Source of the DNA: Octopus vulgaris
Taxonomy: Eukaryota
Length of the DNA: 64,000 nt
Reading direction: 5' to 3'
Assembly: GCA_951406725.2 (NCBI GenBank)
Contig: OX597823.1
Coordinates: forward strand, 79,856,001 to 79,920,000
Position 1 is the first letter of the stretch. Every line of letters starts with the position of its first letter. Under the pieces are notes generated by a model, which saw nothing but the letters and a program-made list of their open reading frames with translations, was not told the DNA's origin and did not search any database. The position numbers were made by a program, and so were the translations under genes. This document shows, piece after piece, positions 55,881-64,000 of the stretch.

Positions 55881-55944
<64 letters not shown>

Positions 55945-56123
55945 GTGCAATTTTCTGTACAAACACATATAACATACCGAAAATTGTACTACTGCGCACA
56001 TCCTACGCAAAACACTTTCAATACAGTAACCATCAGAGTATCATAACAAATCACAGCACATACCCAAGGCACACAGAGCTGCGCTCGGTACTGAAGTGAA
56101 AGCACGCTATAAAAATAAAACTA

Positions 56124-56128
<5 letters not shown>
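55945..56128 (+). pseudogene. Extreme 3' end of R4/Dong-type LINE in (AAT)n
   Basis: KIVL..TAHILRKTLSIQ* then UTR; (AAT)n both sides. Confidence 0.75.
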
Positions 56129-56175
<47 letters not shown>

Positions 56176-56178
<3 letters not shown>

Positions 56179-56565
56179 TCAAAACCGCTGACAAATGGTA
56201 TAAACACCATCTTGAAGCTGTGACTGAGGGAGAAAATGTGTCGATTCTATGGGACTTCCCCGTACAGACCGACAAAACTATAAAAGTTAATAAACCGGAT
56301 ATTATTATAAAAGATGAGACAAAAAAGATGTGTTTATTAATTGACATGAGTATTCTTTGCGATCACAATATAGCGGCGAAAGAATTTGACAAGATTAGTA
56401 AATATAAAGACTTGCTAATAGAAATTGAAAAAAAATGTGGCATCTCAAGGCGACTACAGTACCAGTTATTGTAGGATCTCTAGGAATGATAAAAAATGGT
56501 ACTGAAACCTATTTGAAAATAATCCCAGGCTTACCATCCCTACAGGAAGTGCAAAAAAATATTAT
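56176..56565 (+). pseudogene. R4/Dong-type RLE fragment, frameshifted
   Basis: KWYKH...ILWDFPVQTDK..NKPDIII..LLIDMS..KISKYKDL.IEI, continuing PVIVGSLG after a frameshift. Confidence 0.85.
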
Positions 56566-56865
56566 ATCTGTGAATTTGCGCGTGTAATCTGGGAATCCAT
56601 ACAATGAGCTTCTCTGCCCTAGGTGTATGGAAAACACTCGACGAGAAACGGAAGAAAATTTGAAGAAAGAAGGAAAAAACATAATAATAATAATACTCTA
56701 CAAAGTCAGCACTTCTGCTTACTGGGATGAACATGAACACTACAAAATCAGCTCTCCTGCTGATTTTGGTATGAACATCATCCTGAACCAGTCGTTGAAG
56801 GTAAAAATGTCACTATCCTCTGCGATTTTCCAGTCAACACTGACAGAACGATTCAGGCTAATTTA

Positions 56866-57000
56866 CCAGACATAGTTATTAAAGAGAGGGAAGAAAATAC
56901 TTGTAGACTGTAGAAAATATATCTGTCACGAAATTTGACAAACTAAGTAAAGATAAGGACCTGGAAATCGAAATACAAAAACATGTGGCATCTTAAAACG
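56866..57000 (+). pseudogene. R4/Dong-type RLE fragment
   Basis: PDIVIK..C and FDKLSKDKDLEIEIQK. Confidence 0.65.
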
Positions 57001-57957
57001 AGATGCCCCAACAGAAAAAGAAAGAGTAACACTGCCAATTCATGCGACAAATCGTGAATGCTGGAAATAGAGACCATTGATTTTCGCTGACGGACGGAAA
57101 CCTGAAGTGAGAAACCAAATCGCTACTTGTAATCGTAAAGGAACAAGTCATTAGAACAAGTTTGATAAAGGCAAATATTGGTAAAACTTAGTCAGAAAGC
57201 AAACATAGAATCAGTGGCAAAGTATAAATCATATCTAAAGTGAACGTAGTGTGCTAGCTCATAAAGGTGCCCGTTTTCTTCTTCTTTGCTCTACCCTACG
57301 TCACCGGTGGGTGTTGATCCCAGCCCAAGAGCACAATATGTCTTTTATTGGAGCTTTCGTGGCTACAGTCTTGGACTAACTGCACGGTTCCCAATCCACG
57401 TGCAGGATGTTTCTCCACGATACCGCACGTGTGGGTGGCCGTTGGATCATAAAAAGCTCACCCGTCCTTTGACAGGTTTTGTTTCTATTCCTGCAAATTG
57501 TGCACGACATTCTCCTCATGTGGCAAGCCACGTAGGACAGCTGGCTTAGTCGCCAACCATCCGACCAGGAAAAAGGTATACTGGCTTACATGTAACCGGT
57601 AGCAGGATTTTCCTGACCTGGTATGACTATCCCTAAAAGTGTGTATTAGGATGCGAGCTAAAACTTTTCCTCATTTCACTGACGGATTAAGAAAATGATG
57701 GATTTTTCGATATATATATAAAATGAAGGATACTAAATGTAATATATATATATATATATAAAAGGTTGGCAAGTCGTGCTTGAAACGTCTTTGACCATAG
57801 ATTAAGCACGATCATAGTTGACTTAGTGGTTAGTTAACAACAGCATGCAAACACTTCTGTGTTCAAAAAGACAAAAGGCAGTGTAATCAAGAATACGAGT
57901 GGAATCTTTAACGTTGAAGAGTAAAATAGATTTAGGAACTGCATGATAGTGTATTGT

Positions 57958-58185
57958 GTAAGCGGCTGGCTTCATGGTTAGGTTGTTGGACTTATGATCG
58001 CAAGATTGTGGTTTCGTTTCATGGACCGGGCGATGGGTTGTGTTTTTGAGCAAAACATTTCATTTCATGTTGCTCCAGTCCACTCAGCCGATAAAACTTT
58101 GTAAAACTGCAATGGACTGATGTCCTCTAGTGGAGGAATATATAGGCCAGAGAAACCGGGAAACCGGCTCTATGCACCTTACGGC
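57958..58185 (+). mobile_element. SINE family E
   Basis: Matches reverse complement of 22268-22509. Confidence 0.82.
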
Positions 58186-58925
58186 AACATCTCATATCTG
58201 CGAAACTTGGTAACGAATTTGTTATTGAAATCTGCATTCATACTAAAACACTGCACCCAGGAACTTTAGCTGATTATGATAATCCAGTTCTTTGTCTGGT
58301 ACTTATCTAACGGAATGGCTAAGTCTGTCTTGTCGTAAAATGTCATAACTCTACGAAATAAACGACAGAAGTTACATTTTATTCGTTTGGCGTACAGAAT
58401 GATCAGTCATTTAAAGCATGCTTATACCGTTATTTAATACACTTACGTATACATAAAATGGAGTCCTGCGATAATTTCTGGAAACCAAGTTTCACTTTTG
58501 AGACACTGGTCAATCTAATATGATGTTAGATGACACTTACCTATTGCATCACTCAATGGGAAAGAACTTGGAACTATCCAGTTGTGAAGGAAACTTCTTA
58601 ACTACATGACTATCGATCCAGTTTTTTAAAAAAATAACACAAATTCGATTCCACAGATATCATTAAATACAGTATAGTGTTAACTAAGATTAAAGATATA
58701 ATTCAAAGAATGCATTACATAACAATAGTGCAGCATATGTTGTAGAGGGATTTGTGTTCTTTTCCATTAGGGAAGCTTCGTTTGTTGCGAACCGCTTATT
58801 AGAACAAATAGCTGTGTTTGCACGTTAATCAATAGTTCACGAGAACTTCCCACTACACGGTCTAATGATATAGAAATACATTCGCGTTTGCCGTACGTAT
58901 GTGCATAACTATACGTTTCCATCAC

Positions 58926-58982
<57 letters not shown>

Positions 58983-59181
58983 TATATATATACATACATA
59001 TATACATATACATATATATACATATACATATATATATATAGATATATATATATATATACACACACATATATATATACATACATATATACATATACATATA
59101 TATACATATATATACATATACATATGCATACATATACATATACATACATATATATATATATACATATACATATGCATACAT

Positions 59182-59265
<84 letters not shown>

Positions 59266-59340
59266 ACATATACATACATATATATATATATATATCTGCT
59301 TTTCCTGTGTTCGTAGGTACAAAACTATGTTTCTGTCACA

Positions 59341-59372
<32 letters not shown>

Positions 59373-59375
59373 CAC

Positions 59376-59406
<31 letters not shown>

Positions 59407-59408
59407 CA

Positions 59409-59444
<36 letters not shown>

Positions 59445-59891
59445 TGTATGTATGTATGTATGTATGTATGTATGTATGTATGTATATATATATATAATCG
59501 ATAATAACGGTGTAGTCGTTTATTATCCGATGTCAAAAGAACGGATGTGATGAGAAAAAAAAAACATGTAATTCTTTGTCAAATTGCATTCTTAAGACAT
59601 GTTAACCATAATCACTTCATATCCGTACAAGTAAAACCTGATATTATCGAAAATCTTTGCGCTTGTTTATTTATATTCAAAATATCTTAGTAAATATCAC
59701 TCAAACAAGAAATAAATTAACTACAAACGCTTTTACGCCATTACTGTATTCTACTCGCTCGTGGATATATCTTTGATTATTATCTATCAATGATCGACAA
59801 ATATCAAAATTGCTGAATAACTTACAATTTACCACCAAAATTAAGCTTCTCGCCATGATTTAATATATTTTATGCACCTCCCACTTTTCAT

Positions 59892-59945
<54 letters not shown>

Positions 59946-60202
59946 CCTCTCTCTCTTTCTCTCGCAATCTTTCTCTCTATTTCTCGGTTTCCGACATTCT
60001 ATCTTCATCGACTTATCAGTGTCGTTACCTACATATAACTGTCTTTCTCTCTTACCATTTTTCGTTCTCATCAGTTCTTATACAAACATCTATGCACACA
60101 CACACGCACATATGCACGTATATCTGTCTATACACATACATACATATATATGCATGCATGTACGTGTAAGAACGTATATGAACTTATCTTTCTCTCTCTC
60201 TC

Positions 60203-60659
<457 letters not shown>

Positions 60660-60677
60660 TACTATATATATATATAT

Positions 60678-60782
<105 letters not shown>

Positions 60783-61084
60783 CATACATATACATATACA
60801 TTAGTATACTGGTTTATATATATATATATTTATGTAGGCAAGCATAAAAAAATTGATAGATGAGTAGGCAGATGTGTGTACCCATGTACCACCCACAATC
60901 CCCATAAAGATAAACATAAAACACACTAATATAAGTAATGTGTTTGCCAGGGTGTGTCCATGCGTGCGGTCGTAAAGGTAGACCGCATATTATCCTAGTA
61001 TAATATATATACAGAGAGAGAGAGAGGGAGGGAGAGAGACAGAAACTTACTCGTAAATGGAAGCATGGCGTTCAATGATATAAT

Positions 61085-61130
<46 letters not shown>

Positions 61131-61214
61131 TTACATATATGTACATACACTCACACACACATATATGTATATAATATATATAATAATATGTATGTGTGCT
61201 TGAATGTAAATACG

Positions 61215-61373
61215 TGTATGTGTGGAGGGTGGATTAAGATTCGCCTTCTATCCACATGGTTTCGGGTTTAGTCCCACTACATGGTAACTTGGGCAAGTGT
61301 ACCCTACTATAACCTCGGGCCGACCAAAGACTTGTGAGATGATTTGGTGGACGGAAACTGACAGAAACCCGTC

Positions 61374-61430
<57 letters not shown>

Positions 61431-61544
61431 GACAAATAGATAGGTGGATATACAGGTATATATACACATACATACATACATACATACATACATACATGCA
61501 TACATATATACATACATACATACATACATACATACATACATACA

Positions 61545-61576
<32 letters not shown>

Positions 61577-62079
61577 CATATACACATACATATAGGTATT
61601 TAAAATATTTATGAATGGGGAAAGGAAGAAAATGGAGAAATTGACATGCAGACATCAGTTTATTCAAAGATATTCAAATCCATATAATGAAATTGGACTT
61701 GAATTTCATTATATGAATTTTAGTATGTTTGATTAAAGTGTGTCATTTCATGTCATTTCCTCCATTTTCTTCCTTTCCTCAATCATGGATATGTGTGTGT
61801 GTTTATGCATATATGTATGTGTATATATATATATATATGTATGTATTTCTTTACTACCCACAAGGGGCTAAACATAGATGGGGACAAACAAGGACAGACA
61901 AAGGGATTAAGTCGATTACATCGACCCAGTGCGAAACTGGTACTTTATTTATCGACCCCGAGAGGACGAAAGGCAAAGTCGACCTCGGCGGAATTTGAAC
62001 TCAGAACGTAGCGGCAGACGAAATACGGCTACGTATTTCGCCCAATGCGCTAACGTTTCTGCCAGATCGTCGCCTTATG

Positions 62080-62140
<61 letters not shown>

Positions 62141-62362
62141 TTGTGTACGTGCGTGTGACCGTGTATATGTGGCTTTGTCCTTCGCCACCGCTTGGAAACT
62201 GGTATTGATGTCCTTACGTCAGCGTAACTTTACGGTTCGGCAAAACAGAACGATAGAACAAATACCAGGCTTTAAAAAAACTAATACAAGCGTCGATTTG
62301 TTCGAGTAAACTTCTGCGTGGCGGTGCTCCACCATGGCCGCTGTCTAATGACTGAAATAAGG
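61215..62362 (+). mobile_element. Old SINE A halves separated at the internal microsatellite
   Basis: 5' half 61215-61378 and 3' half 62160-62362 separated by microsatellites, other sequence and a SINE B. Confidence 0.65.
61844..62075 (-). mobile_element. SINE family B monomer
   Basis: Full length; probable TSD tatgtatgta. Confidence 0.9.
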
Positions 62363-63443
62363 AAACCATATTCACACGCACAGACACACACACATTATTA
62401 TGCAATATTAAGTATTCGAGTGAGTCAGGTACTTAAATGATAGGCACCAGGTTGGGTCAAACTAACTTGTAAAAAAGTACCTCTAGTCGAGTATAATATT
62501 AAAAGCACCGAACTATAAAAATTTAGGTTATGTATACCGAAAATTTAACCCGTATGAGTGCTTTAATAGCCTATGGGCTAATCCAAAAGCGTACATTTTA
62601 TTGGCCGTACGGTATTTGATGAATTATTTTTGCTTCTATATCTATATTTTCATAATTTATACAATCTCACATATAGCATTTAAGTAATATTATCTCCCAC
62701 TCTCGTTATATTCACCATCTCCCGTTATAACCCGTTATAAACCCATAAGTTCTTTCTCCTTCTCTTCTCTTCTCTTTCATTTTAAATAAGCTTATGTTGC
62801 ACTCATATTGAATACTCAATTGCCTTAAGTATCCTTTATCTTAATTTCAGTTCTTGCGCCTCTATCCCCATCTCAAATCCTAGTGTAATAAAGATGGCGT
62901 AAAATAAAATGAATAGCAAGGAGATACATATAGAATTAACTCAAACATTATCTTACAGGTTGTGATAACGAAGTAGACTGTCTGGCTCTTTAGTCTCTCT
63001 CCCACTCCTAACATGCTCACTAACTGCCCTGGAAGTTATAAATCTTTTGTACGCCCTACTCACTAAGTAACCTCTTAATTGTCATCCTAACATTGCTTGT
63101 TTTTCTCATTCTAAGCCAGCCTTGGGTAGAATAAGCCTTGGTTCGCCCACTGTGGTCATATATTGGTCTTATATTGTTTGAAATGCCATGTATCATCTGC
63201 AGAAAGCAGTGTTTTCGTTTTGATGTAATGTACTCACTAATCTATTAAAAATTTTCGTTGGAAACAGCTGTAATGAAGTGACACTTATCCATCGTGCGTT
63301 ATTTATTTGAATATATAAAGACGGTGCTCCAACACGGCTGCAGTCAAATGACTGAAACGAGTAAAAGAATAAAATAATAACAGAATATATATAAGCAATA
63401 ATAAATCTCTGAGCGTGATATAAGTAGTAGCAGCAAAACATCG

Positions 63444-63577
63444 TGAAGTATATTTGCCACCTAATTGTGGCTGACCCATAGGGGACGATGCTACTGTAGT
63501 TTATAGCCCCGGGGCTATAAACTACAGTAGCATCTTCCCATATGTGTCAGCCACAATTAGGTGGCAAATATACTTCA
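63444..63577. repeat. 134-bp spacerless palindrome
   Basis: Centre cccc|gggg at 63510/63511; three mismatched pairs. Confidence 0.95.
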
Positions 63578-64000
63578 GAATATATATACTCTTTTACACT
63601 TTTACTTGTTTCAGTCATATATAAATCGGTATGAAGATAAAATATTCTCTAATAAAAACTCAAATTCTTTCATATAAAATCAACTAAAGAAGTTAAGCAT
63701 AAAATAAACGCTAACCTAAAGACCGAAATGGAAGTGGATGTACTCCTTCAAAATGGAAATGTACTTACCCCTTCAAAAAACTTATACAAACATCAAGATT
63801 ATGATCATAATTATAGTATTTTGTGGCTAATCACTTCTTTCGGTAAGCAAATAAATTAGAATTTTTCCAAAATTTTCAATAAATCAATAGAATGATATTT
63901 TCCTAAAAACCATAGATATCATAGAATTTTTAAGAAATACAAGATCTGTTTGAAAAAATTATAACGAAAAAATAATATCGAAAATTTAAGAAAGCTATTC

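Noticed and set aside
60045-60080. Minus-strand CTGATGAgaacGAAA
   Set aside because: No stems; chance match

Overview
AT-rich, repeat-saturated eukaryotic DNA with no recognisable host exon. It is probably intergenic or intronic cephalopod (Octopus-like) sequence; this is inferred only from the SINE types and extreme microsatellite density. Almost every ORF in the track is a microsatellite or SINE artefact. The real protein remnants are all transposon-derived: R4/Dong-type restriction-like-endonuclease (RLE) LINE fragments in (AAT)n, Tx1/L1-type LINE 3' ends, two mariner transposases and a possible Gypsy integrase. At least four tRNA-derived SINE families (my labels A, B, D, E) occur, many nested. 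Most notable: (1) non-coding fold-back elements, mostly at (TA)n, carrying type-I hammerhead ribozymes with palindromic stem III (5428+, 25708+, 33519+, 50420-), two with an unusual U.U at the base of stem II; (2) a ~550-bp non-coding element C with no Pol III head, found only in (AAT)n and in Dong polarity; (3) SINE B multimers with a recurrent junction suggesting insertion into its own head, and a tail resembling a Tx1-like LINE end; (4) a 134-bp spacerless palindrome. Coordinates were read by eye and may be off by a few bases.
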